Below are positions 50,740-60,765 of a stretch of 64,000 bases of DNA, piece after piece; positions within the stretch are counted from its first letter, which is position 1; every line of letters begins with the position of its first letter. A program made the position numbers and the translations under genes. The DNA lies in sequence record SRR22947727_2846. One strand, written 5' to 3'. The notes under the pieces were generated by a model that was not told where the DNA came from, did no database searches, and was given only the letters and a program-made list of their open reading frames with translations.

Positions 50740-52886
50740 CTCACTCCCTTGATGGGAGGGGTGTGGAAAGTCTTTCCCCGCACCTTCTCGCTTGCGCCCA
50801 CGCGATCGAGGAATGGCGTGAGCCCTCCCATGTGGAAAGGCCACCCTGCTCCCAGAATCATGGCTACGTCAATGTCCTCGGGCCCCTCGACAACGCCTTC
50901 ATCGAGCATTCTCCCGACCTCATCCGCTAGACCGTCATACACTCGTGCCTTCAGCTCTTCGGCGCTGTAGCCGGGTCCTGCACCGATAAGACCCTGGGCG
51001 AACGAGCTCACCCCGGTGACTTTTTTCTTCGCGTCGCGATCGTAGATTCGACCGTGATCCACGAGCTTCCGCAACGCTTCGCTGGCGAAGAATCGCTCGG
51101 GAAACGCGCCGTGGTGGGTGTCCAGCACATGGGCGCCGACTTGGAGGCCGACCAGCTCCAGCAGAGCGAAAGGGCCCATCGGGAGCCCGAGGGGCGCTAC
51201 CGATTCATCGACAACTTCATACGGGGTGCCTGTCTCGATGGCGTGCATGGCCTCACCCAGCAGTTTTGCCAGCAACCTGTTGACCACAAAGCCGGTGGTG
51301 TCTGCGGTGACAATGGCTGTCTTGCGAAGTTTGTTCACCAGCGAGACCCCTGTTGCGATAGCAGCGTCAGAGGACTTCTCGGCCTTGACGACCTCCACGA
51401 GGGGCATCACGGCGACGGGGTTGAAGAAGTGAATGCCGACCATGCGTTCGGGGTGCTTCAACACTGACGCGATGTCACCAATGGAGAGCGAGGAAGTGTT
51501 AGACGCGAGGATGGCCTCCGGGGTGACGTGCTTCTCCAGTTCCTGGAAGACCTCTCGCTTGACCCCTATCTCCTCAAACACAGCTTCGATGACAAGGTCG
51601 CACGACGCGAAGTCCGCCATAGAGGTTGTCCCGTGGACTAACCCACGAAGCTTGTTCGCGGTGTCGGAGTGCAGACGTCCTTTGTCCAGGAGAGTGGTGA
51701 TTTCACCCTCCATCCAGGAAACAGCGTCCTTGACGCGCTCTTCTGAGATGTCGCTAATAACCACGGGTACCTCGAGGCGACGAAGAATCTGGAAAGCGAA
51801 CTGACGTGCCATCAGCCCGCCACCCACAACCCCCACCTTCGTAATAGGCCGCGCGTGCTCGCGATCCGGAGCCCCGGGAGTTACCTTGGCTCTTTTCTGA
51901 GTCAACATGAAAGCGTAAACACTCGCGCGGAACTGATCGCCCGCAATCAGCTCGGCAAGGACGTCGTCCTCGGCGGCAAAACCCTGGGCCTTCGTAGCCG
52001 ACTTTGCTCCGGCGAGCAGATCGAGTGCCGCGTAGGGAGATTTGGCGACGGTGCCGATACGCTCGCGCAACATTTTGCGGGCGGTGTTGACCGCGATAGG
52101 CCAGACTGTCGTGCGCTCGAGTGTGCTCGGCTGATGGGGTCGCTTGACCTTTCGTGTGCCCGCAACCACTTCATCGGCGAAGGCGATTGAATCCTCGAGG
52201 AATCGGGCTGCCGGGAACATTGCGTCGGCAATACCCATCTCCAGAGCTTGCTCTGGCTTCAGCGTCCGATTCATTTTCAGAGGGTTTTCCACCATCACTG
52301 TCAGTGCGTTCTTGATTCCAATGAGGTTGGGCAGTAGCCAAGCCCCTCCCCATCCCGGGATGAGACCCAAGAACACTTCCGGCAGAGCGAGTGCGGCGGC
52401 ACTCGCTGAAACTGTGCGGTAATCGGCGTTGAGCGCCACTTCGAGCCCGCCACCGAGAGCTAACCCGTTGATGAAGCAGAATGAGGGGACACCCATTTCA
52501 CCCAGCAGCCCGAGCGTTTGATGGCCAAGCTTCACCATGAGCACGCCAGTGTCCTTGTCGGGAATGTCGCCGACCTTGGACAGGTCTGCTCCGGCCGCGA
52601 GGATGAAGGGGCTACCGGTTATCGCAACCGCTTGAATAGCTCCCTGTGAGGCTTGCTGCTGGAGACCCAGCAGGGTATCGCGCAGTTCGACGAGGCCCTG
52701 GGGGCCGAGCGTGTTGGGCCTGGTGTGGTCTTTTCCATTGTCGAGCGTGACCAGAGCAAGAGTTCCTTTAGCCCGGGCGAGTGGAATGTGTCGAACGTAG
52801 CTGTGGGTGACGACCTCGTCCTTGGCGTGCGCTACCAGAGGGGAGAAATCGACACCGTCATACTGTGCCACCGCGCTCTTGGCCAT
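50736..52886 (-). CDS. fadB: fatty-acid oxidation multifunctional enoyl-CoA hydratase/3-hydroxyacyl-CoA dehydrogenase
   Basis: crotonase motifs (AGAD, GGGLE, LPEVFLGLIPGWGG); GGGLM, EAVFE, SNTSSL and HFFNP dehydrogenase motifs. Confidence 0.92.
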   Translation of the reverse strand: MAKSAVAQYDGVDFSPLVAHAKDEVVTHSYVRHIPLARAKGTLALVTLDNGKDHTRPNTLGPQGLVELRDTLLGLQQQASQGAIQAVAITGSPFILAAGADLSKVGDIPDKDTGVLMVKLGHQTLGLLGEMGVPSFCFINGLALGGGLEVALNADYRTVSASAAALALPEVFLGLIPGWGGAWLLPNLIGIKNALTVMVENPLKMNRTLKPEQALEMGIADAMFPAARFLEDSIAFADEVVAGTRKVKRPHQPSTLERTTVWPIAVNTARKMLRERIGTVAKSPYAALDLLAGAKSATKAQGFAAEDDVLAELIAGDQFRASVYAFMLTQKRAKVTPGAPDREHARPITKVGVVGGGLMARQFAFQILRRLEVPVVISDISEERVKDAVSWMEGEITTLLDKGRLHSDTANKLRGLVHGTTSMADFASCDLVIEAVFEEIGVKREVFQELEKHVTPEAILASNTSSLSIGDIASVLKHPERMVGIHFFNPVAVMPLVEVVKAEKSSDAAIATGVSLVNKLRKTAIVTADTTGFVVNRLLAKLLGEAMHAIETGTPYEVVDESVAPLGLPMGPFALLELVGLQVGAHVLDTHHGAFPERFFASEALRKLVDHGRIYDRDAKKKVTGVSSFAQGLIGAGPGYSAEELKARVYDGLADEVGRMLDEGVVEGPEDIDVAMILGAGWPFHMGGLTPFLDRVGASEKVRGKTFHTPPIKGVS

Positions 52887-54079
52887 TACTTCGCTCCCTT
52901 GTAGTGCGGGTTCTCCCAGATAACGGTGCCACCCTGCCCCAGACCCACACACATGGCGGTCAGGCCGTAGCGAACCTCGGGGTGCATCTCAAACTGGCGC
53001 GCGAGCTGGATCATTAGGCGAACTCCCGATGCAGCGAGAGGGTGGCCAAGCGCAATAGCGCCTCCCCACGGATTCACACGGGGGTCATCATCGGCGATGC
53101 CAAAGTGGTCTAGGAGGCTTAACACCTGAACGGCAAAGGCCTCATTGAGCTCGAAGAGCCCAATGTCCTCGATGCTCAATCCCGACTTCGCAAGTGCTTT
53201 TTCGGTGGAAGGAATAGGGCCTATTCCCATGACCTCGGGCTCGACGCCGGCAAACCCGAAAGACACCATCCGCATCTTCACCGTGAGTCCCAGCTCGCGC
53301 GCGACGTCCGCCGAGGCGAGAGCAGCCACTGTGGCCCCATCGGTCAAGGGGGAGGCGTTACCTGCGGTGACTTTGCCATGCGGGCGGAAAGGAGTCTTCA
53401 GGTCAGCGAGAGCGTCCATCGTGGTGGTCGGCCTGCGACCCTCGTCCTCGGTTGCCATCCCGTAACCCTCGTCACTAGGAAGTGCAACGGGAATGAGGTC
53501 AGGTTGAATGTGTCCTGCCTGGTAAGCGGCCTCCACTTTCTGCTGAGAGAGCATGCCGAAACGGTCGGCGCGCTCTTTGGTGAGCTCGGGGAAGCGATCA
53601 TGAAGACGCTCGGCGGTGATGCCCATGTTGAGGGCATCGGGGCTCACGAGTTTCTCCGCTAAGAACCGAGGGTTGGGATCAATGTCTCTCCCGAGGGGGT
53701 GACGTCCCATGTGCTCAACTCCACCGGCGAGTGCGATGTCGTAGGCACCAGCAGCAATCCCCCCGGCCAGGGTCGTCACAGCCGTCATGGCGCCCGCGCA
53801 CATGCGGTCAATCGCGAAGCCCGGAACGCTCTGGGGGAGTCCGGCGAGGATGGCTGCTGTTCGACCTAAGGTCAGACCTTGGTCGCCCTCCTGGGTGGTT
53901 GCCGCAATGGCAACGTCGTCAATCCGATCACCGGGTATCTGCGGGTTACGCTTCAGAAGACCAATGATGGCCGAGACAATCATGTCGTCCGCGCGGGTCT
54001 TCCAATACATTCCCTTCTCACCTGCACGACCAAAGGGGGTGCGAACACCATCAACGAAAACGACCTGGTTTCCCTGCAT
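52886..54079 (-). CDS. fadA: acetyl-CoA C-acyltransferase (thiolase)
   Basis: DRMCAGA, NEAFA, GGAIALGHP and MCVGLGQG motifs. Confidence 0.94.
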   Translation of the reverse strand: MQGNQVVFVDGVRTPFGRAGEKGMYWKTRADDMIVSAIIGLLKRNPQIPGDRIDDVAIAATTQEGDQGLTLGRTAAILAGLPQSVPGFAIDRMCAGAMTAVTTLAGGIAAGAYDIALAGGVEHMGRHPLGRDIDPNPRFLAEKLVSPDALNMGITAERLHDRFPELTKERADRFGMLSQQKVEAAYQAGHIQPDLIPVALPSDEGYGMATEDEGRRPTTTMDALADLKTPFRPHGKVTAGNASPLTDGATVAALASADVARELGLTVKMRMVSFGFAGVEPEVMGIGPIPSTEKALAKSGLSIEDIGLFELNEAFAVQVLSLLDHFGIADDDPRVNPWGGAIALGHPLAASGVRLMIQLARQFEMHPEVRYGLTAMCVGLGQGGTVIWENPHYKGAK

Positions 54080-54148
54080 CACAAACCTTCCATTCGGTCC
54101 TCCCATGCTAGGAGTACGGCGAACTCTTTTCGACCTGGTGAGGGTGCT

Positions 54149-55393
54149 CTACGACTGAGGTGCTTGTGTGGACGGCTGGGTTTGGCGGGCTTCCACAAAG
54201 GCGGTGTTCAGCGCCTCCGCCACCAGAGATATTTGCCACGGCCTGGCTCCCTTGTCGAGCAAGGCCGCGGAGATTGATTCAGTGGTGGCGGGGTGTGGCG
54301 GCTCCCAGCACAGGCGACGTAGGTAGTCCGGTGTGAGGAGGTTTTCCACGGGGATAGTCGTCTCTGCCGATACCTGCGCCAAAGCCTCCCTCGCGGCACT
54401 CATGCGAGCGGCTGCTTCAGGATTGCGATCTGGCCACACGCGCGGTGGTGGTGGCCCTTCTGACGGCGCTCTCGTATCGGGCAGGTCTTCGGTGGTGCGA
54501 CCACGCTCCATGGCAGCCCACCACCGTGGCAGTTCGGAGCGACTGGCACGCCCATGGAATTCCTTCAGTCCCGCAAGCTCGGCCTTAGAAGAAGGATTTG
54601 CGAGCACGGCTGCGATGAGGGATCGGTCAGGCACGAGACGCCCAGGGGCGCGATCGGAGGTCTCCGCTAGCTCTTCGCGAGCCAGCCAAAGCTCCCGCGC
54701 GATGGCGAGGGCCCTGGGGCCTCGGACCTGGTGGAGCCCAGAGAGCCGCCGCCAGGGCTCTGTTCGCGGGCGAGCTGGAGTGAGGGAGAGCTGAGCCTGG
54801 AACTCCTCCTGTGCGAGGTCCCACTTACCGGCCTCACTCAGAATCCGAGCAATTTCATCGCGTATCCGGGGCAGTAGTTCAACATCTAAGGCCGCGTAGG
54901 TAAGCCATTCCGGGGGGAGAGGCCTGGTGGACCAGTCTGCGGCTGAGTGCTCCTTCGCAAGAGAGAGACCGAGGATGTCTTCGACGACACCTTGCAACCC
55001 CACTTTGGGAAGCCCCGCAAGTCGAGCACCCAACTCAGTATCGAACAGTGTTTGCGGCTCGACACCCACTTCCCGAAGGCACGCGAGATCTTGGTGCGCC
55101 GCGTGAATGATCCATTCTTGATCGCCCAAAGTGTGGGTGATCTCACTGAGGCTACCGAGCGCTATGGGGTCGATGAGGTAGTTAGCCGAACCGGTGCGGT
55201 GAACTTGCACGAGGTAGGCACGGGATGAGTACCGAAACCCACTGGCTCGCTCAGCATCCAGCGCGAGTGGACCCTCTCCTGCAAGCAGATCATCGAGTGC
55301 ACGGTGAAAATCGGTGGAATCTTCGACCAGCACCACCGGAGCAAGGGGAGTAGCGAGCGGGAGTGGCTGAGCTTCCGGGGCGTCCTCCGTCAT
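54149..55393 (-). CDS. rnd: ribonuclease D (DEDDy exonuclease with HRDC domain)
   Basis: LDAERASGFRY, HAAHQDL, LFDTE, DWSTRPL and YAALDVE motifs. Confidence 0.93.
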   Translation of the reverse strand: MTEDAPEAQPLPLATPLAPVVLVEDSTDFHRALDDLLAGEGPLALDAERASGFRYSSRAYLVQVHRTGSANYLIDPIALGSLSEITHTLGDQEWIIHAAHQDLACLREVGVEPQTLFDTELGARLAGLPKVGLQGVVEDILGLSLAKEHSAADWSTRPLPPEWLTYAALDVELLPRIRDEIARILSEAGKWDLAQEEFQAQLSLTPARPRTEPWRRLSGLHQVRGPRALAIARELWLAREELAETSDRAPGRLVPDRSLIAAVLANPSSKAELAGLKEFHGRASRSELPRWWAAMERGRTTEDLPDTRAPSEGPPPPRVWPDRNPEAAARMSAAREALAQVSAETTIPVENLLTPDYLRRLCWEPPHPATTESISAALLDKGARPWQISLVAEALNTAFVEARQTQPSTQAPQS

Positions 55394-55983
55394 GAGGTGG
55401 CGCGACTGGGGGGAAGCGTTGCGACGCCCTCGTGTGTAGGGGGGAACCCCGCCAACATGCAAACAAACTCACTCCAGGCCTCAAGGTGTGGGCCGATGTC
55501 GTGTGTTGTGGGGCTCCACGACGCTCGCACCTCCACTTGGGCACCGGAGCCTTCTGCTTCCATTTCTCCAAAACCGGTGGAAACTACTGAGGTCGTGGTG
55601 CCAGCGGCATGGAAATACGATGCTCCCGAAGAATCCAGAGCATCGATCAGCCATGACCATGCGACGTTAGGCAAGAACTCGTCCTGGCCCATCAGCGGGT
55701 CAATGGGGGCTTGAGCGAACACCACCATCCGGTAGGCCGATTCCCATGCTTCTGGGACGCTGGGGTCATAGAGAAACACCAGTCGACCCGTCCCATATTC
55801 GTTGTCTGAGCTTGCATGCTGGGGCTCGACGTCAGCCGCCCAGGCCCTCTGAAAAGGGGCCAGGCCTTCAGGTGCGGCGGTCTCGAAAACGCGAAGCTCG
55901 CTCCGCAGGGAGGCCTCATCCGCTGAGGCCAACGCGTCGAGAAATTCCTGGGGAGCGCCCGGAAAGGCCGCATCGCTGCTCAT
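55390..55983 (-). CDS. DUF3000 family protein
   Basis: GTGRLVFLYDP, VAWSWL and EVRASWSP motifs; upstream of rnd. Confidence 0.9.
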   Translation of the reverse strand: MSSDAAFPGAPQEFLDALASADEASLRSELRVFETAAPEGLAPFQRAWAADVEPQHASSDNEYGTGRLVFLYDPSVPEAWESAYRMVVFAQAPIDPLMGQDEFLPNVAWSWLIDALDSSGASYFHAAGTTTSVVSTGFGEMEAEGSGAQVEVRASWSPTTHDIGPHLEAWSEFVCMLAGFPPTHEGVATLPPSRATS

Positions 55984-56010
55984 GGACCCAGGATACGGAA
56001 CCGCCCTATC

Positions 56011-56739
56011 TCACTGACTAGGGCGCGCCGCGGGAGCAATTTCGTGTCGGTAATAGAGCATTTTTGCGTCGTCTGTGAGTAGTGAGCGAAGTTCCCAATG
56101 CGCAGGGTCGCCAGGCCACCATGGAGGTATTCCCTGATGCTGATCTCGCGGGGGAGGAATTGTCGCGATGAGGAGCTCTGTCGTGAGAGGAGCGAAGAGC
56201 TCCCAGGTGATCTTGCCGCCCTCAACAAGCACGTGCCCGCCCACGGTTCTCGACAGAATGTCGTCGTGAAGGTCGCCAACTGTCCGAGCTGGGTCCCACT
56301 CCAGGTGCTCCCATGGGAGATCCCCGAGTGCCCTTCCCAGAGCATCAGCGTGCTCGGACGGTGCTGCCACCATCAGTCGTTCCTGACCGGCACCCCGACT
56401 GACTAGCTGGTGATCCCGGAGATCGCCGCTGGCGCAAAGAACAATCAGCGGTGTTGTTCGAGGCAGTGGCACTGGTTCGCTCCGCACAGTAGCGGCTCCC
56501 ACTACAACGGCATCAGCGCTCTCGCGGAGGATGCCGAGCAGTGCTCGATCGGCTCCCTTCGAGAGACCCTGGGATGAACCCTGTGGACTCACGGTCTCGC
56601 CGCTCGAGGTGGTGACCATGATGGCGCGCACACTGCCAGATCCTTCTGGCTGATACAGCTGCTCTATGGCCTGGCGCGAGTCCGCAACGCTCAGGTCATA
56701 AACCTCGGGCGGAGGCGGCAAGACCCGGTACAGGTTCAC
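56011..56739 (-). CDS. RibD C-terminal/dihydrofolate-reductase-like pyrimidine reductase family protein
   Basis: ADRALLGILRESADAVVVGAATVRSE and VLVEGG motifs; GTG start overlapping the sufE stop. Confidence 0.8.
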   Translation of the reverse strand: MNLYRVLPPPPEVYDLSVADSRQAIEQLYQPEGSGSVRAIMVTTSSGETVSPQGSSQGLSKGADRALLGILRESADAVVVGAATVRSEPVPLPRTTPLIVLCASGDLRDHQLVSRGAGQERLMVAAPSEHADALGRALGDLPWEHLEWDPARTVGDLHDDILSRTVGGHVLVEGGKITWELFAPLTTELLIATIPPPRDQHQGIPPWWPGDPAHWELRSLLTDDAKMLYYRHEIAPAARPSQ

Positions 56740-57185
56740 TCGCCCGCGCCCTGAAGGGCTAAACCTTCCTCCACTTGGCGCTTGATCCGCCACAGCATTC
56801 CTGACATTCCCCTCAGCCGCAGCATGCTGACGGCGTTCTGTAATCCCAACTGGAGCGGGAAGTCTGGGGGGACTGCGAGCACCTGGTCGGGCGACATCCC
56901 ATGAAGCCCCTGGACCAGAATGGACGCGAAGCCCCTGGTGGTGGGTGCTTCCTCAGGAGCTGTCGCATGAACAGTGACCTCTTCGGGGTTCGTCACTACG
57001 GTGATAAACACCGGGGACTGGCATTCCTCGACTCGCTCCCAGGCGTCAGGATCAATGAGTTCTTCAGGCACCACCGGGAGAGTGTCGGAAAACTCGAGCA
57101 GCAGTTGTAGCCGGTCAGGAACACTCAACGCCAAGAAATCTTCGCGGATGGCTGCCAGTGATGGCGGCAGGAAACTCTCTGACAT
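56736..57185 (-). CDS. sufE: SufE family sulfur-acceptor protein
   Basis: DRLQLLLEF, VEECQSPV, EAPTTRGFA and LRLRGM motifs. Confidence 0.9.
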   Translation of the reverse strand: MSESFLPPSLAAIREDFLALSVPDRLQLLLEFSDTLPVVPEELIDPDAWERVEECQSPVFITVVTNPEEVTVHATAPEEAPTTRGFASILVQGLHGMSPDQVLAVPPDFPLQLGLQNAVSMLRLRGMSGMLWRIKRQVEEGLALQGAGE

Positions 57186-57194
57186 CAGGCGGCC

Positions 57195-58088
57195 CTAGAG
57201 TGCCTCACCAGGCTGGTCACCGGTCGCGATGGGGACCCTCACGGCAGAACCCCACTCAGTCCACGACCCGTCGTAGTTCTTGACGTTTTCAAAGCCCAGG
57301 AGATACTTCATGACGAACCAGGTGTGGCTGGAGCGTTCACCAATGCGGCAGTAGGTGATGATGTCATCACCGGGTTGGAAACCCTGTTTCTCGAGGTAGA
57401 TAGTGACCAAGTCACTGTGTGACTTGAAGCGTCCATCCTCTTTCGCAGCAGTTGCCCACGGAATGCTCTTCGCGGTCGGGATGTGCCCGCCGCGCAGCGC
57501 TCCTTCTTCAGGGTAGGCAGGCATATGGGTGCGTTCTCCGGAGTACTCTTCTGGGCTCCGCACGTCAATGAGGGGCTTACCCAGGTGAGCCAGAACGTCT
57601 TCTTTGAACGCTCGAATTTCAGCGTCGTTGCGCTCCAGCACGGGATAGGTCGAGGGACTAGGAGAGGGGACTTCCCTCGTGAGGGGGAGTCCCTGAGAAA
57701 CCCAGGCGTCACGGCCACCATTGAGCAATCGAACATCGTCGTGTCCAAAAAGTGTGAATACCCACAGTGCGTATGCGGCCCACCAGTTGCTCTTGTCGCC
57801 GTAAATGACGACGGTGTCATCACGAGAGATGCCCTTCCTAGACATCAGGTCGGCGAAGGCCTCTCCCTGAAGGTAATCCCGCACAACGGGATCATTGAGT
57901 TCGGTGTGCCAATCAATTTTGACGGCGCCAGGGATGTGACCAGTGTCATAGAGCAGGACGTCCTCGTTCGATTCCAGGATGACGAGACCTTCCGCGCCCG
58001 CGTGCTCCTGCAGCCATTCCGTGGTGACGAGTCGTTCGGGGTGAGCGTAGTCCGCTAGTTCGGGTGAGGGGTCAGTGGGTAGGGTCAC
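57195..58088 (-). CDS. sseA: tandem rhodanese sulfurtransferase (SseA/CysA-like)
   Basis: [27 protein letters not shown] and YDGSWTEW motifs. Confidence 0.92.
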   Translation of the reverse strand: MTLPTDPSPELADYAHPERLVTTEWLQEHAGAEGLVILESNEDVLLYDTGHIPGAVKIDWHTELNDPVVRDYLQGEAFADLMSRKGISRDDTVVIYGDKSNWWAAYALWVFTLFGHDDVRLLNGGRDAWVSQGLPLTREVPSPSPSTYPVLERNDAEIRAFKEDVLAHLGKPLIDVRSPEEYSGERTHMPAYPEEGALRGGHIPTAKSIPWATAAKEDGRFKSHSDLVTIYLEKQGFQPGDDIITYCRIGERSSHTWFVMKYLLGFENVKNYDGSWTEWGSAVRVPIATGDQPGEAL

Positions 58089-58187
58089 GGTACTCCTTCA
58101 GTGATGCGATGCGAGCGTCAGGCGAAGCCCGATACGCTGTGAATAGTCTTCCACCGCACCCTGAACACTATCGGGGAAAGCTAAGAA

Positions 58188-59234
58188 ATGAGTCAGGTCT
58201 CGGTGCCCATCACGTCGCTTCTCGATCGTCACCCGGTGATGTCCATCGACGCCATGTTGGCTCACTTCGTTCCCCCGGCACAGTTCGAGACCGCGAGCCT
58301 CGACTCCTACGTCCCTGACCCGGCTTATCCCTCGCAGGCCGAGGCTGTCAACAAGGCACGGGCCTTCGTGGCCGGTGCTCCCGCTTCTGGAGGCGGGTGG
58401 TTTCGATCCGGTGGGAAGAGCGCCCGTGGCGGAGTTAAACCAGGCATTTATCTTGACGGTGGTTTTGGTGTGGGAAAAACCCATCTCCTCGCAGCGATGT
58501 GGCATCTCATTCCCGGGCGCACCTATTACGGAACGTTTATCGAGTTCACCGCATTGGTGGGGGCGCTCGGTTACCGAGGTGCTGTCGATCACCTGAAGGG
58601 TGCGGCTTTACTCGCTATTGATGAGTTTGAGTTGGATGACCCCGGCGACACCATGGTGATGTCACGTCTGCTGGGCGAATTGGTGCAGTCGGGGACCAGG
58701 CTCGCTGCGACCTCCAACACACCTCCCGCCGCGCTCGGAGAGGGGCGATTTGCAGCCGAAGACTTCTTGCGAGAAATCACGGCACTCGCAGATAAATTTG
58801 AGACGGTTCGAATCGACGGCGAGGACTATCGAAAGCGCGATTTTGAGGGTCATGCTCAGGTTTTTTCGCCCGACGAGGTGGACACCGTGCTCTCGACGCT
58901 CAGGGGTGATGTTGCGGTCGATGACTTCGTTGATGTGATCAATCATTTGGCCACCATTCACCCCAGTCGGTTCGTGGGGCTGGTGGAGGGTCTTGCGGCG
59001 GTCTCCTGGCGTGGAGTAACACAGCTGCACAACCAGGCCCAAGCGCTCCGCCTTGTTGCCCTGATCGACCGTGTTTACGACGCCAGAATTCCGATTCTGG
59101 CAACAGGTCTCCCACTAGACGAGGTTTTTGACGACACCATGCTCGGTGGTGGTTATCGGAAGAAATATTTGCGAGCCACCTCCCGTCTGATTGCCCTCAC
59201 GCGACTCGGGGTAAACCCCCAGGGGAGTATCTAG
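58188..59234 (+). CDS. zapE: AFG1/ZapE family ATPase
   Basis: GIYLDGGFGVGKTHL, IDEFELDDPGDT and ATSNT motifs. Confidence 0.92.
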   Translation: MSQVSVPITSLLDRHPVMSIDAMLAHFVPPAQFETASLDSYVPDPAYPSQAEAVNKARAFVAGAPASGGGWFRSGGKSARGGVKPGIYLDGGFGVGKTHLLAAMWHLIPGRTYYGTFIEFTALVGALGYRGAVDHLKGAALLAIDEFELDDPGDTMVMSRLLGELVQSGTRLAATSNTPPAALGEGRFAAEDFLREITALADKFETVRIDGEDYRKRDFEGHAQVFSPDEVDTVLSTLRGDVAVDDFVDVINHLATIHPSRFVGLVEGLAAVSWRGVTQLHNQAQALRLVALIDRVYDARIPILATGLPLDEVFDDTMLGGGYRKKYLRATSRLIALTRLGVNPQGSI

Positions 59235-59283
59235 GTCGTCACCTAAACTGGGAGTCCCGAGTACCGCGAGGAGTCCATCCGCT

Positions 59284-60642
59284 ATGGCAGGTTCACCCAT
59301 GTCCACCTCTGGTCGCGAGCGCTACCTAGAGTCTCTGTGGATTGAGCGGATTCTGCAGCGTGAGACTGCGGGCGGTCTCATCATCGTGGGTGCGGCCTTC
59401 CTTGCCGTGATCCTTGCAAATTCACCTCTGGGAGATAGCTACTTCGGGCTGAGAGACACCTATCTTTCATTGGGGGCCGGAGATTTTGTCTGGAAGATTA
59501 GTGTGGGTCACCTCACTGCGGATGGACTCTTGGCGGTGTTCTTCTTTCTCGTTGGTCTTGAGCTGAAACGAGAGTTCGTCTCCGGGGAACTGAGGGACCC
59601 AAGGAAAGCGCTCGTGCCTGTGGTTGCGGCAATTGGTGGGGTCATTGTTCCTGCGTCTCTGTATCTCCTGATCACTCAGTCACTGGGCGTGCCAGATGCA
59701 GCTCGAGGTTGGGCGATCCCGATCGCCACAGACATAGCTTTTGCTCTCGCGGTTCTTGCCCTCGTGGGAACGTGGTTGCCCCTGGCGCTTCGAACCTTCC
59801 TGCTCACGCTCGCCGTGGTGGATGACCTCATCGGTATTACGGTCATCGCCATCTTTTACACCGAAGAAGTCGTGGTCTCGAATCTGTTCCTGTCGCTGCT
59901 GTTCGTCGCCATCTACGCCTTCTTCGCCCAGCGCTATCGAGAGTTCTTCCACGTGCGCGAGGGGGCCGCATGGGTCATCTTGTTCCCCATCGGGTTGATC
60001 GCCTGGTTCTTCATGTACAGCTCTGGAGTTCACGCCACTATCGCTGGGGTGTTGTTAGGGCTGACCGTGCCCGTGTTGAGGTCCAAGCGTGAGCGTCTGG
60101 CTCACCCTGACTCAGAGGACCCCGGCTTGGCTGAGGTTTTCGAGCACCGCTTCCGGGCGTTGTCTGCGGGCATTGCGGTTCCACTCTTCGCGTTTTTCGC
60201 CGCTGGTGTGAGCTTTGGCTCCGGTGTGGGCGAGTTTGTCACCCTGTTGGCATCGCCGGTATCACTGGGCATCATCGTCGCACTGGTGGTGGGTAAGAGC
60301 GTCGGCGTATTCATCACCACCTACCTCGTCACCCGCATTCCTGGCATATCACTGCCGAAGGGGATGGCATGGATTGATTTGTTTGCGGTCGCTTTGCTCG
60401 CGGGAATCGGTTTCACCGTCTCGTTGCTTATTGGTGAGCTGAGCTTTGGGCTGGGGACTGTCCTCGGAGATGAGGCCAAGATCGGCATCCTCGTGGGATC
60501 CGTCTTGGCAGCATTGATCGCGGCCCTTATTCTCACGGGACGTAACCGGCACTATCAGTCCGTTCACGTCAAAGAGACCGCGGACCTCGATGGCGATGGC
60601 ATTCCCGACATTTACCAGGACAAGCCCGAAACACAGTCTTAA
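59284..60642 (+). CDS. nhaA: Na+/H+ antiporter NhaA
   Basis: GLELKRE, GWAIPIATDIAF, LAVVDD, SGVHAT and GIGFTVSL motifs. Confidence 0.95.
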   Translation: MAGSPMSTSGRERYLESLWIERILQRETAGGLIIVGAAFLAVILANSPLGDSYFGLRDTYLSLGAGDFVWKISVGHLTADGLLAVFFFLVGLELKREFVSGELRDPRKALVPVVAAIGGVIVPASLYLLITQSLGVPDAARGWAIPIATDIAFALAVLALVGTWLPLALRTFLLTLAVVDDLIGITVIAIFYTEEVVVSNLFLSLLFVAIYAFFAQRYREFFHVREGAAWVILFPIGLIAWFFMYSSGVHATIAGVLLGLTVPVLRSKRERLAHPDSEDPGLAEVFEHRFRALSAGIAVPLFAFFAAGVSFGSGVGEFVTLLASPVSLGIIVALVVGKSVGVFITTYLVTRIPGISLPKGMAWIDLFAVALLAGIGFTVSLLIGELSFGLGTVLGDEAKIGILVGSVLAALIAALILTGRNRHYQSVHVKETADLDGDGIPDIYQDKPETQS

Positions 60643-60696
60643 CATTTGCGCGCTCTCTGAAATAGCTCGGTAACACGCGAGCACTTTCGGAGAAAC
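60628..60696 (+). promoter_or_regulatory. GlnR-box-like phased pentamers upstream of amt
   Basis: GAAAC-n6-TTAAC (60628-60643) and GAAAT-n6-GTAAC-n6-GCACT-n6-GAAAC (60659-60696). Confidence 0.6.
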
Positions 60697-60765
60697 CTTG
60701 ATGTCTCACACTGGGGGTCACGTGCACCTGTGCACGCCCATGACAGACATACAAGGGAGACAACA

